From the NCBI GenBank assembly GCA_964106915.2, contig OZ066915.1: a DNA stretch of 64,000 bases, one strand, 5' to 3'. Origin of the DNA: Podarcis gaigeae. Taxonomy: Eukaryota. Positions 13,168 through 26,737 of this stretch are shown one piece after another (the stretch's first letter is position 1; every line of letters starts with the position of its first letter). A program made the position numbers and the translations under genes. The notes below the pieces were generated by a model that was not told the origin of the DNA, searched no databases, and was given only the letters and a program-made list of their open reading frames with translations.

Positions 13168-13584
13168 TAAGACCTTTCAATTTACCCAGGACTTTTTTTG
13201 AATGGAAAAAAGTTGTTATCTGCTAATGACGTTTTCGTCATAGTCTATTATTATTATACTTGCTTTGGGGGGGGGGTTGTACACCACATTGATATGGAGT
13301 GGCTTATAGGTTTTTAATATAAATAAATACATAAACTTTTCTATCACAAAACGGGTGCTGATGCCAGATCTGTGGGAGTAAAGTTATTTGTCAGTTGTAT
13401 CCCAAATTCCCTCCAAGAAGCTTGGAGCGGCAGCATTGCAACCCCACAAAAACTTTTTGAGAGGGGTCAGGCTGAGTGAGAAAGCTCTAGGCAACCCAGT
13501 GGGCCTCACAGAGAAACAGAGCATTTAATCAGAGTTTCCCATAAAACCCTATATTCTGCTCACTGCCTTTCCAAGTGCTACTTG

Positions 13585-14030
13585 GCCTGCATTAGACTTT
13601 CAAATATTGTTTGACAAAGTCCCTCACCATGGGATAAGAGGACAGGTCTTCATAAGAGGATTGGTAACTTGTTAAAGAACAGGAAGCAGGGAGTAGGAAC
13701 AGAGGAACTATTCTGCCAGTGGAGAAACATAAGAAGTGAGGTCCCCTGATGATGCTTTTTAACTTGTTCATAAATGTTATAGAGTTAGGGGTCAGTGGTA
13801 AGGAGGCTAGGTTTGCTTACAACACCAGGATAGTGAAACCGCTAAAAAGATTGTGAAGAACTCCAACAGGATTTTTGGAATTCATTCCCACAAGGTAGCA
13901 ATGGCCACCAAGTTGGATGGCTTCGGTATAAAATTGGATAAATCATACTGTCAAAAGCAGTAAGCTTCTCAATACCAGTTACTGGAAACCACAAGAGGGG
14001 AGAGTGCTGTTGAACTCAGTTCCTGCCTTC
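13585..14030 (+). mobile_element. Degenerate CR1 LINE fragment with internal deletions
   Basis: LDFQxxFDKVPH-like coding remnant and a CR1-type 3' segment (atggccaccaagttggatggctt). Confidence 0.65.
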
Positions 14031-14057
14031 CCATGGGCATATGGTCGGCCACTGGAC

Positions 14058-14086
14058 TACATACATACATACATACATACATACAT
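14058..14086. repeat. (TACA)n microsatellite
   Basis: Seen directly. Confidence 0.95.
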
Positions 14087-14984
14087 TTGTATGCAGCCTT
14101 TCCACAGTTCAAACCATGCTCAAAGCAGATTACAGCATATATATTTTTTTGCAAAACTACAGCATAACAAAAGTAGATGGGCAACTGGTCAGATCTGTTG
14201 GGGCTATTCTAATGTTCTTACCTCTCCAAACTGAATGAATGGGCATTAAAGTGGCAAAATAGTTTACTGAAGCAAATGCAACTCACCATTTTTCTTCTCA
14301 TCAGAAATAATAGGCAGTGAACAGAAAAGTGCCAACCAAAACAAAAGAAAATAAAAAAAAACAATTATCCATTCTGAACACACCTGAAAATTAGATCACT
14401 CATCATTTGCCCCACCTACTGCCAGGGGCTTTATAAAATGCTTTAATCATCTTCCTTTCAATTATTTTAATCCTCTTTGGCACATATAAAACATCGCCCT
14501 TTTAATAAAAGGACTCATCAGTGGAAGTTTATCAGCAGAATCAGCGCAAGTTTATCACGTGGAACCCTAGCTAATTTTTTTATTATGGATTTTTATGCAA
14601 ACTCAGTAATTCACACCGTGCATATAGCGAGGCTGGATTTATCATGTGAAAAAAAGTGGAGGCAACACCCTCCTTTGCTGCTTTGTTATAAAACTTGCCT
14701 GAAAGCAAAATATTAATGGTTTGACGTAATCCGTTCTGATGGAGCTAATGAACGTTTGTTTTCTTTCTCTTCAGCCCTCATTCTTCTTTGTTAATTGGCT
14801 CAAACATGAAAATTCTCACATGTCCTTGAACACTCTAGCATGTATTCAGTTCAGTATTCCATCTGTTCCTGTTAGGTCCACGTGCCCAGGAATGAATTAT
14901 ACTCTTAATGGCTTTCGTTTTAATGTCTCATGAGCTTAATGGGAGTGAGCAACAAGAAGCATGCAATGCTGCAGAATTTATTTT

Positions 14985-15155
14985 TGCATTTATATCCCAC
15001 TTTCCATCCCAGGAGCTCATGGTTCTCCCCCTCCCTGTTTTAACCTCACAACAACCCTGTGAGGTTGGTTAGATTGAGAGATGGTGACTGGCCCAAGGAA
15101 TCTGAATGCTGATTTCCCAGCTCCTCCTCCAACACTCTGAGCACCACACTACACC
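14985..15155 (-). mobile_element. Older Squam3-like SINE
   Basis: cctcacaacaaccctgtgagg...gactggcccaagg...accacactacacc is the reverse complement of the same family. Confidence 0.6.
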
Positions 15156-15473
15156 AAATAATGTTCTTGTTTTAGTTGGATACTGCCCATGCAACCATAT
15201 TTTCTGAGCAGCTTACAGAGACAGTACAATACAATTCACACAAAAATACTGAAACAAAAATAAATAAGCAAAAAGCCCATGAGGAAAAAAGCTTCAAGTG
15301 CAGCTAAACTCAGCATAAAACCTAGCAAGAGGGAATGATCCCAAAACTAAAGCACCCTATAGATTGTCATTAAAAGGTCTGGGAAACCAAGAAGGTTTCT
15401 CCACCTAGCACCTAAAAGACTAGGACATTCCATAAGCAGGGCACCATGATCGCAGAGGCCGTCTCCTTAGTAC

Positions 15474-16599
15474 GAGGTGGGTTCTGCCCCTTCTCACCTG
15501 CCCTGCATTGAAGCTGATTATCTTGTCCCATAGAATTCACTGGAAGCCATCAAGAACCCACCTAAGAACTCTAAGGAGCCAAAACTAAAAGATCAACAAG
15601 AAGAGCTACCTCTGCAAGTTGGTACCCTCACCACCAGCAGCCAGTGCCTATCTGCTGCATCTTCTGCTTCCTTCCTGTTTCCTTGAATCCTCTCAGTTCT
15701 AATCTGAAGTTTAAACTCTTCATTTCCCACTGACTCAGTGAAGCTACATTGTAGGAGAGAGAACATTACTGTCAAGGGGGACACGTTCAAGTTTCGTGAG
15801 CAATCTGGGACCTAGCCTACTTTCCCTGCAGTAAATATGCTGCAGAGATTACAGCTGCAGTTTTATACCCCAAAGCGGGCTTTATTAAAGCATAAATTTA
15901 TAACAAATCCTGCACTTTATGGTTAGAAGTTGAAATTGTTGTGTTGATAAGCAGCTGTAAAGGTGATCCCCTGACTCTGTCTCTAACTGAAAACAAATAG
16001 CTTAAAGGAGCCTGTGTAAACTGCAGCATGGTAACTCTCGAGCTGATGAGTCAAGTAGGAAAAATACTAAGGTGTAAAGGAAAAAGGTAAAGGGACCCCT
16101 GACCATTAGGTCCAGTCGTGGCCGACTCTGGGGTTGCAGTGCTCATCTCTCTTTATTGGCTGAGGGAGCCGGCGTGCAGCTTCTGGGTCATGTGGCCAGC
16201 ATGACTAAGCCGCTTCTGGCGAACCAGAGCAGCGCACGGAAACGCCGTTTACCTTCCCGCCAGAGTGGTACCTATTTATCTACTTGCACTTTGACCTGCT
16301 TTCAAACTGCTAGGTTGGCAGGAGCAGGGACCAAGCAACGGGAGCTCACCCTGTTGCGGGGATTCGAACCGCCGACCTTCTGATTGGCAAGTCCTAGGCT
16401 CTGTGGTTTAACCCACAGTGCCACCCACGTCCCATACTAAGATGTAGTAAGTCACAACTGTGGAAAGCAAAGGAATGCTTCAGGCACCTTCCTCTAGCCA
16501 CTTCAATCTCTGTGGTAAGAGGTGGGTTCTGCCCCTTCTAACCTGCCCTACATTGAAGCTGATTATCTTGTCCCATAGAATTCACTGGAAGCCATCAAG
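15474..16599 (+). repeat. 81-bp dispersed direct repeat (15474-15554 and 16519-16599)
   Basis: 79/81 identical by eye. Confidence 0.9.
16077..16433 (-). mobile_element. Full-length Sauria SINE with 13-bp TSD
   Basis: tRNA-like head and (ACCTTT)-type tail; TSD atactaaggtgta (16064-16076) / atactaagatgta (16434-16446). Confidence 0.92.
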
Positions 16600-17604
16600 T
16601 ACACAGCTAGCCACAGCTGCATTTCCCAGCTGGGTTCAGCTTCTTGGTGGTACAACAAAAGACTCTGTGCTGACTGTCATCTTTTGTATGGATGTATCAT
16701 GTACCAGGGCTGTTGCCTGTCACTCTATGAAGAATTGTGTCAGTAGCCTTGACACAAATTAAGCCTTACTTGCACCAAAACAGGGGCATATATGCCTGCA
16801 ACTCTGGAAACAACATCATGTTTTTCCATGTTGCACTGGCACTGCCGTGGGTACATTGCATTCTGACTCCTGACTTGTGCATTCATGCAGGGACAAGCCA
16901 GGCAATAAATCTCCCCTTCGGGTTGCATCCAAACAAGGGCTTTGAAAGAGTGAGCAGTGCCTGTGGTTGAAACCAAATTCCCAGTTCCAGCAAAGCACTG
17001 AAGAGGCATCCATTTACTAACATTCCTAAATTCGGTGGAGACAATCATGTTTTGATCTATTTTCTCTCTCCTTTCATGTTCTTCCCTCTGTCTCACAGCC
17101 TCTACTCCAGCCTCTCTTCATTTAGTTCAGAAAGAACCACAGCTTTATTTGAAAAGGCTGGGGAAGAAAATGTTTCACAGCATCCTCCACCCATTCAGTA
17201 CATGCACACAAAAAACTTCCGAGTATTCTCAGAAGCTGCATTAAGCAAATTAACATAAGAAGCTCTGCCATGTGACAGAAGAAAAGTAATGACATTCATT
17301 GCTCTGGGCATCAAAAGCCCCACGTTTTGTTACACCAACAGATGTCAATTTTTTGATTGTGCCTTTCTGAAAATAGCCCTTGTTTACAGGCTACTGAGTA
17401 TAATAACTTTTAAGTATGCCTCTTCCTCCCTGCTCCATGCCTATTCCAACATGCATTTAGCAAGTAAAAGACCTACAAGGCAGAGAGCAGGCCTTCCAGG
17501 ACTCACAGCCCAATATGTTCTCTGAAATGCAAGATATTGCTTCTATTTTCTCCAATAATTCAGATGTTCAGACTTTAATGTGAACAATTTCTCCCTTGTT
17601 CTAG

Positions 17605-17710
17605 ATTCAGGTAAGTAGCCATGTTGGTCTGACGTTGGTCTGAAGAAGTATGCATGCACACGAAAGTTTGTAACAAGAACAAACTTAGTCTCTAAGGTGC
17701 TACTGGACAT
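17605..17710 (+). mobile_element. Penelope-like element terminal remnant with a decayed minimal hammerhead motif
   Basis: gtagccatgttggtctga...CTGAAGAagtatgcatgcacacGAAAg...ctctaaggtgctactgga, followed by (TA)n. Confidence 0.65.
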
Positions 17711-18493
17711 TTATATATATATATATATATATAAATTTCTCCATTATTTGTTAACCAAAATCCAAAGTCCTATGAAGAGAAGCCTTTCCAGAAAATTCGC
17801 AGAATATTTTGGTATGCAGTCCATCAATGATTTCCTATGAACCCTGTAAACAGCATAGGCACACTGAATGTCCACTGATGTGTAACCAGTCAGGCAAGTA
17901 AGCAAGAAACATTTATGCAGAGTGTTGGAGCACTAAGCAGTATGGTATTATACTTCAGAAAGCTATAGAACCATCCATACATCAGAGCCAGCCAACCTCC
18001 AAAGAACAGAGAAGATGAATTTCCATATGTGAACAAAATGGTTTTTTGCTATGGATTATCGGTGAATCTGTGTGTTTTCACATATGCATTTGCCTTCCAA
18101 AATCTCTTTTGATAGCACTATCATCCCAAAACATGACAGACAATGTTCAGCAGCAAGCAGGAGCCTCTATTTCACAGGCACATCTGGTTGCTTTTCAGAA
18201 ATGGCAGATTGCCAAGGACAGAGCTCGTGCGGGAGGATGAGGCTATGTGATTAGCATAATAAAAGCTTGTAATGACAGTTATGTCCAGACTGGCATGAGT
18301 CCAGAACCACCACACCTGCATCAAGGCATAATTATCTTAACATTGCTTTTGGGAATTCTGTCTCCACTAGGCAGGAAATGGCTGGCCTCTGCAATCCACC
18401 CATTTTTCTCTTTTAACCTACTGACTACATTATGGAAGTCATGATGAGAGACACAATCATGCTTAGCATCATTTCTATTGTCTATTTCAAATA

Positions 18494-18704
18494 CAGTGGT
18501 AACCTCGGGTTACAGACGCTTCAGCTTACAGACTCCACTAACCCAGAAATAGTACCTCAGGTTAAGAACTTCAGGATGAGAACAGAAATCGCATGGTGGC
18601 AGCAGGAGGGCCCATTAGCTAAAGTGGTACCTCAGGTTAAGAACAGTTTCAGGTTAAGAACGGATGTCCAGAATGAATTAAGTTCTTAACCCAAGGTACC
18701 ACTG
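18494..18704. mobile_element. Tc1/mariner MITE
   Basis: TA|CAGTGGTAACCTCGGGTT...AACCCAAGGTACCACTG|TA; homologous to 4139 and 24239. Confidence 0.85.
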
Positions 18705-20952
18705 TATTCAGAGTTTGTGTGCGTTATATCATCAGGCCTTCCAACAGCCTTTGATGGTAGAACTATTTTTGCATTGCATATGATGAAGGCTGAGGAAGAT
18801 AATAAATAAATATGGCTTGCCTAAAGATGTTCAGTTAGTTTGTTGCAACGGTAGGATTTTGGGGGTGTGGGGGTGTGGAAGGCGGCCAAAGTCACATTTC
18901 ACTAAATTGGCATCTTTTGTCAGGCAAAATAAACGACAGGTCAGGCAAAATACAGGACAGGTATTGGGAAGGCCCTGCAAACCCCCTCTCTCCTGCTCTT
19001 TGACTCAGAGTCTCTTTCTCCAACCCACCTGCCTCTGCCCACACAAAAACTCCCCCCCCCCCCGGTTATGCAAACCGCCTCTCTCACTGTTCACCCTGCT
19101 CCTGCTGCCACCAAAATGTTCCCCCAAAAAGCCCAACAACTTTGGCTGATCTCCTTAAAAAAGGCTGATCACGTTTTTCTAGGGATGGTTGGCAACCCTT
19201 CATTTCACACTCTTAGGCTGCAAAGCTCCACCCACTTACCTGCGAGTAAGCACAACTGAACTCAATGGGAGTTACTTTTGACTAGATTCATATAGGATTG
19301 CACTGAGCTTTATGGCGGAGTGGGAATTATTTGAACCCTAACCTCCTAGGTCCTAGTACAACATTCTAATCAACGCCCCACACTGGCTCCCAATATAAAA
19401 CGCCATTTGTTAATATTGCATTGTACTGGTGGTACTATTTATATTACAATGTTACATTGTAGCATTATAATTTTATGTGTGCTAATCTTGCATTAATGTT
19501 GTCTATGAATGCCATAAATAAACAGAGCAATTTGCTTTCCTCTGTTGAACACCATGTATTAACTGTGGGAAATGTGGTATGTAAATACAGATATAACAAT
19601 ATGTACTAGAAATGGGATGTGTTTCTAAAAAAAAGAAAAAAGCTGAAATAGCAGCAGACAGAGAATTAAGGTATTTTAATCCAAAATCCGAGCGGACTGG
19701 TTTGACTGAATTTCAAGAAAGTAGCTCTAAATGGGGAGGAGAGGGGGGCTGCCTATCTTTTGCTGACAGCTTTGTCTTGGCTCATTGCAGAGGGGAGAGA
19801 CACAGGGGGGAAGATGAGCAGAGCCCAAATTCTGGGATGTCTGGCATGCCATCTGCCAGTGTGTATTGCAAACTGGATACTGGGTGTGCTCACTCAGCAA
19901 GAAACTACAAATCCAGGCAAGGCAGGAATGGAATGGTTGCGTGTAGGAGGAGGGAAATATTTAATCTTCAGCTGTTCACCTAGAGACACACACAGCCCCT
20001 TTGTTTAAAGCCTGCTAAGGCACCACTCAGGGACTGGTAATTATCCTTCCTTCCAAATCCCGCCCCTAATCTTCATTTATGTATTTATTTTCTTCCCTTG
20101 CATTGGTTACTTTGCATTGCCTCTGACTTTTAGCGGAGAGAGAAACTGTACGAGATTATTTATTTCTGAAAATTCTCGCTCTCTAAGAATTCTTTTGAAA
20201 AGCTGCAAATTCAGAATTGAACTAATATCTGGATACTAGCATCACATCTGAATTTGGGAACTGTAGCATGTGATGTGTGCTGACTCCAAAGACCTAGTTT
20301 TTGCAGCACCCTTCACAAACTACAGTTCCCAGGATTCATCATAGCTATTAAAGTGGTGTCAGAGTGCTTTAAATGTATGGTCTATATTCCAAGCCCCCAT
20401 GAGGTTACTGATACATATTTGGTCATCACACACCACAGGGGATTAATCATTCCTGGGTGGCAGTGCAAGCCTAACCATGCCTATTCAGAAGTCAGTCCTA
20501 TTGCATTCAGTGGGGTTTACTTAGATTGCAGCTTTAAAGCAGACCTCCACCTTGTAGAAGCCTTGCATTGCAATGGGCCTTCCTGGATGACATTATTTGG
20601 TGCCTGTGAACCTGGTCGGTGCTTGGAGGAGGTGTGAAACAGATACTGTCTTGGTTTTGCTCCAGCTGTTTAAAGGGAGACTGTTTCCTACTGCTAGCTT
20701 TCTTGATCAGATCAAGGCAGAATTAGTAGAGGTCATCCTATTAATTAGAAAGGTTATTTTGCTAAACAATGCACACCCAATCTGATTTCATTCTTTTGAG
20801 CTCCCAGGAACCAGAACTGTACGTGGTATTCCAAGTGTGGTAACAAAATAGATCAGTTTAAAGCTACATCTTATCTGACATTTACTTATTCAAAATTACT
20901 TTCAAATGATGTTTACTTTTTAAAAATAAAATCCCAAGGTGGTGTACCCTAT

Positions 20953-21544
20953 TGACATGGACTGGTTGGATGCAGGAAAATGGTGGGAGGAACTAGCTGG
21001 GGAACCATCAAGGGAAGGAGGCTCAGAGCCTAGGGAGTGGTGGTGGGACAATGATGAGTGGTCAGAGGGAGAAGACTGGGAAGAGGTGGTGTCAGGAGCT
21101 GTGGAGGTAACAAGGCTTAGTGAGCTGGGAGAGTCTGTGGCAGAGAGAAGTTCAGAATTGGAAGCAGAAGCTAAAGCAGGAGAATGGAAGGAGGGAGGCC
21201 AAGAGGCAGAGATGAGTCAGGCTGCTGCAGATTCACGGGTGTCTCCTCCTGCTGCTGCGACAAGCTCCCCCTCCCATCTCCCAGAACCAGAAGAGGGCTG
21301 AAAAGGACAGAGCAGTGACAAACTGTATGCAGGTGCAGTCTCCGATTGCTTGGGAAATGCCCTGGAGAGAAGGAGACTTAGACAGCTGTGGAGAGGCAGG
21401 GACTTTCAGCAACTGATTTCATGGAGGAAAACCCACAGGGAATGAGCTCATTAGGCCTGAAACTTAACCCAGTCTGTGGAGGTCCTGGTTTTGCTAATGA
21501 AGAGTTACCTCAGAGAGAAGATGTTAACTTCTGCAAAGGAGACA
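20953..21544 (+). mobile_element. Probable solo LTR (Gypsy-like) or similar interspersed repeat
   Basis: Sharp-edged purine-rich block starting TG and ending CA, carrying a Glu/Trp-rich ORF; resembles a repeat I recall as common in lacertids. Class assignment is inference. Confidence 0.45.
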
Positions 21545-24238
21545 TATTGTGAGAGAATGCTCAGCCCCCAAATCATTTTTTAAATCTTAAAACACAACAA
21601 AAAAGAATAAATCATATTAACAGTGGAATATAGTGTAGGTGCCTGCCCCCTCTACTATTCAACAATTTTAACTGTGTTTCTAGGCAGAAGATGAATTAGC
21701 AGGAGAGTATACAACTGACAAAAATTACATTTAAAAAAATGGCATAGGAAACAAAATCCCTCAAAGAAAAGAACTAAAACAAAATGTTCGTAAAATGATC
21801 CTGGAATGAAGGTTGGACTAGTATCACTGACCACTAATTACAACACGAATTGTATGACTTAAGTTCCCATTATATAAATAACTACATACTGCACATTGCA
21901 ATTAGATGTCCATTGCACACATGTGTGTACTGACACACACACACCCCTCTACCCCACAACTTTCCATGCAATGTCTGTGATGTCCTGTTTGAAGGAAACA
22001 GCTCATTATTTCAGGGAGAAAATATTGCAAAATATTGTGTGTGTGTTTTTTAAGGGCTATTGATTCAACAAAAGCACAACACTGAGACAATGTGGACTGG
22101 ACACAAGACTGAAAACAGTATTGTCTTTTTTTAAGGTACATGGTTGTTAATGCCCAACTAGAGTGTTGTTTTGTAAACAGGTGGGATATAAATGTACAAA
22201 ATAAATACTAAACTGGCAAACAAATACACATTTCTTAAATGTTAAAAAAGAAGTGTGTATAGATACTCCATGAGTAAGAAGCAATTCCTTTTTACTTAAG
22301 AGGTACCGTAAGAATATTGCTTTGTAGCAAAGGAGTAGAACACATTCCACAGTGCTCATACAAAAACTACACACACACACAAATCCAGTTCTGTTTCATT
22401 CTCCCTGTTTGCCATAACCATATCTCCACAAGCTGCTGTCCTTCAGATTTATGGCATTCCCAGCAAGAGTATTTCTGCCTGGAAGTGCCGAATATGCTCT
22501 CTGCTAATGCCAGCAAACTGTATGGAAATTATGGTCCATTGTACTACACAAAAGACGCTCACAGCCAAGGTGATAATTACCATTAAGTCAAAACATGCAT
22601 GTTGTGCTGGTAAGAGCATAAAAACCAGCCAGCTCTCGTATATTACTTAAAAACACATCTGTGACGCACAATGCTATTTGCTTGACTGAACCTATTCTGG
22701 GATGGGGTGCAGCTTCAAGATACAGCTTTATAACGACAGCCCAAGACTTGCATTTGCAATATGTCCACATATACCCAGACTGATTCGAAATCTATCAGTT
22801 TTTGTTAAGTGAGATTTAGAATGTAAAGATGCAGGAACTGCGTTAGTAGATCAGGTCGAACTCCAGCAGGGCCAGCCGTTCCATTAGGCAAAGCAAGATG
22901 GCCACCTCAAGCACCCACCTTTGGCTGTCATGAAAGGAGAGCAAGTTGTTAGTTGTTGCATCTTTTTTAAGACTGCTAGTGCCTCTAGGGGACTTGGGTA
23001 CTATCCACCTTGACTTGTGGGAGAAGGTGCTATTCAGTGGCGGAGCCAGGTGGTCGTGCACCTCGGGACTCAAGAATGTAATTTGAGTGTTTCTGCAACG
23101 TTTTGTCTGTTGTGGGGCGACTAGAGTAGGAGGACTCACAAAAATTCACCGTTGCAGCTTGCACAACAGTGTTTTCTGTTAGCACAGAGGCATCACTGGA
23201 TAAAACCCATTTTATTTTTATTTTTTTTAAAGGGAGAAGAGTGTGTTGTTGTACAGCTATAGCCACACGTTTCCTTCCTAGAATAAACAGTCTAAAATAT
23301 TCCTTCCAGGCTTTGAAGAAAATGCATAATTTGATTACTATCGCTTTCAAGATCTTTTATAAAGTGCAATGCAAATGTATAATCTCTTCATCTAGTCATT
23401 ATCTGGTAAACTTTCTTTTTGCTTCATGTTAGTCCAAGGAATATGCAGCTACTTACATTTGGGCCTGACAAGTTTTGACTCTGTTGATTAATGCTAATTA
23501 TGGAATTTAGCAAAAGCAGGTAAAGGCATGCTAACAATATGTATCAGTATCTTGGCAGGATTATGGGTGCATAAATAATATGAATTAAATAAGGTAACAT
23601 CACTGCTATCTATTCCCAGAGTCTTGTGGCACTTTGAAGACTAATTTCAGCAACCACAAGCCACATCAAATGCTTGACAGTAAAAGAATAATATACTGAA
23701 CAGATTTCTTCAAAAAGGAAATTCATAATCAAATAATTCTTATATATTGTTATGATCTCTACCTGGTATCTAATGACATGATTTTCCATCACTGTAAGAA
23801 TCATTTAATGAACAATGCATCCTGCAAACTTTCTGGGCAACTTAGTGGATGGCTTCAAAACATTCTAAATGCAGTAGTACTCCTTTCAGGCTCTTTGCAG
23901 TTTACTATTTTCTGGAATGTGAGAAAATGACAAGTACTCAAGAAGCCTCTCTGAAATGATACAGGATGCCTGCAGGCTGTCAGGAATTGCACTTTTGAGT
24001 AGGCACCAAAGCCCTGACCTGATACGTTCTTGCCCTGCATTTGTTGAAGCTTAATCAAAAATAGAGAGATGTATGCAAATCACATCTGAATCATATGCTG
24101 AGAAGTTGGAATTTAAAGTTTAAACTAAACTAACAAAGCCATGCAGAATTTGGAAGGAACCAAAGAAAAAGTACTTTGCGTGTGGCAGAACGGTCAACAG
24201 AACAAACATGCACTATACAAGCTGGATGGTTAGTAGTA

Positions 24239-24453
24239 CAGTGGTACCTCGGGCTACAAACACATCAGGTTACAGATTCCGCTAATCCAGAAGTAGTACC
24301 TCGGGTAAAAAACTTTACCTCAGGATGAGAACAGAAATCGCATGTTGGCAGCGGGAGGCCCCATTAGCTAAAGTGGTACCTCAGGTTAAGACCGATTTCA
24401 GGTTAAGAACGGACCTCTGGAATGAATTAAGTTTGTAACCAGAGGTACCACTG
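24239..24453. mobile_element. Tc1/mariner MITE
   Basis: TA|CAGTGGTACCTC...GAGGTACCACTG|TA with perfect 12-bp TIRs. Confidence 0.88.
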
Positions 24454-24773
24454 TATTGGAAAAAAGAGGTTAAAGATCATGCCTATTTTTCCATATCTGA
24501 GGACTCATCCAGACTTCTCCTTGCCTTGCTGCTTTCTCCCAGGGAAACCCAAGCCTTACCACTGAATCGGAGCAAATGTAATTGGGTTTTCTGCACATTG
24601 GCACGTGCTCCAAATCAGTGCTAAAGAGTGGGTTGTCTTGGGGAAAACAGTGGGACAAACAGAAAACCACTCAAACCCATGCCTAGAAAACATGAGACAA
24701 GCAGAAAACCATTTGGACCCATGCTTTCTAGGCACAGGAAAGCAGAAGTGTGAATGAGCCCTGAGTCACCCAC

Positions 24774-24920
24774 ACCATACATTTGAAGCACATGCCCGCT
24801 CCGCAAAGAATCCTGGGAACTGTAGTTTTTAAAGGTTGCCTTGAATTGCAGCTCTTAAGTGGTAAACTACAATTCCCAGGATTCTTTAGGGAAGGGAACC
24901 ATGTCCTTTAAATGTAGGTA
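24774..24920. mobile_element. Palindromic MITE (tcctgggaactgtagtt / aactacaattcccagga)
   Basis: Inverted arms visible; related degenerate copies at about 20255-20385 and 36830-36960. Confidence 0.65.
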
Positions 24921-26385
24921 GCAGCTGCAGAAATAATGGGTCATCAGCCAGTTTTTGCAAGCACATGAGACTGAAGATTCTAGAATAGGAAAAGAAAGTG
25001 GAGTTCTAAAAAGGGGACCAAAAATGGAAGGTAAGTACGGTAAGTGGTTTCACAGACAACAGTTCTGAATGCAGGTGGGAGTTCCCCATGATTTCCTTAG
25101 GAAAAAAACATTACTTCATCCTTTTCCTAAATTCTTCCCTTCTGTTCCAATCCTCTCTGCTTGTAATCTGCCTGCTGTTCACCCCTTGCTTACTCCTCTT
25201 TCTTCTGTAATCTGTTCCCTTTTCTGCACAGGCATTAAAAAATAGTCCAAATAGCTGCCAACCAAATAAAGAGCTTTAACTTACAGTCACAGATGCAGGA
25301 AGCAAAATGCAGGTTTCTTCTCCTGCAATACCAAAATCCATTAGTAGAACAGGTGTGCATACACCCCTTTTTATGATTAACTTAAAAATAGAAGCTGTTT
25401 TACACTCAACCTATGAAACAGATCATTTCACTTCTAAAAGCAGACTGTAGAATAGTCTAGGAACAAGGAGATGCTCTTGAATTCCTTTGTTACCATTCTG
25501 TGTCAAGTTGACAGCCAGGGCACTCCTATAGCATAGTGAGGCAATCTCAGGCCTTGTGGCTGGTACAGACAATGCTGAACTGAATAATTATTCAGTGACA
25601 CCATTCAATAACAGAAAGTGACGGAGAAGTTATAGTTTGTTATTTTTTTATTATACCTCTGTGTGTTTGCTCAAAAAGCCTCCGCAGATGGAAATATATC
25701 CAACAAAGGGAAGTCTATCAGCAGCAATTTAAGGATCTATGTGAAGCATTTGGGAGACAACTGGGGGAAATTAACTCACTGAGAGAAGAGAATCTCTCTT
25801 CTGAAATGTTATTGTAACCTTTATTGTTTTTTTCTACATTTGACTTTTCTGTATAAAGCAGCATATATTTTTTTCATCTGTCCCCCTGCCCCCAATCTGT
25901 AACAAGCAAGTTTTTAAATCGGTGTTTATAATCCCTGTCCTCCTACTTGGTCTGTTTCCTGAGGAAATCCCAGAGGCCAGCTCCTAAAGAGTTTTTGTTA
26001 ATAGGTAATCTGGGTGTTTGGCATATGTCCACTGCCCCATATAAGTATTGTCCCTTGGACGGACAATGTGCCTCCTTAAGCCTTTAAGAGCTTAGACAAA
26101 TGCTTTCGTGTTGATGCTTTGTCTCCCCAAAAGGTCACCCCACACCCACGGGGCACAAGACTGATTGCTTCTTGCTGTGATGCAGTCTTTTTACAGGAGA
26201 AAATCAAACCTTAACACATGTAACAAATTCTACCACCCAGGTCTGAAAATTCATAGCCTGCCAAATCCTGCAGTCCTTATATTTAATTGAGGAGCTCAGT
26301 TCTATAGCAGTGCAGTCTCTTACCATGAGTGGGTGGGTAGAAAACCACTTCCATCCACTCCCAACTGCATAATCGTAACATGCAT

Positions 26386-26737
26386 AAAAAGGTAAGGTAA
26401 AGGTACCCCTGCCCGTACGGGCCAGTCTTGCCAGACTCTAGGGTTGTGCGCCCATCTCACTCAAGAGGCCAGGGGCCAGTGCTGTCCGGAGACACTTCCG
26501 GGTCACGTGGCCAGCGTGAGAAAGCTGCATCTGGCGAGCCAGAGCCACACACGGAAACGCCGTTTACCTTCCCGCTAGTAAGCGGTCCCTATTTATCTAC
26601 TTGCACCCGGGGGTGCTTTCGAACTGCTAGGTTAGCAGGCGCTGGGACTGAACGACGGGAGCGTACCCCGCCGCAGGGATTCGAACCGCTGACCTTTCGA
26701 TCGGCAAGCCCTACCCACAGCGCCACCTGCGTCCCTC
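26386..26737 (-). mobile_element. Sauria SINE, different subfamily, with perfect 12-bp TSD
   Basis: Same architecture; TSD cgtaacatgcat at 26374-26385 and 26738-26749. Confidence 0.92.

Noticed and set aside
22317-22800. Complex unique-looking segment with 60-89 aa ORFs
   Set aside because: No recognisable protein or convincing splice-site pair; could be a conserved non-coding element but this cannot be supported without alignment.
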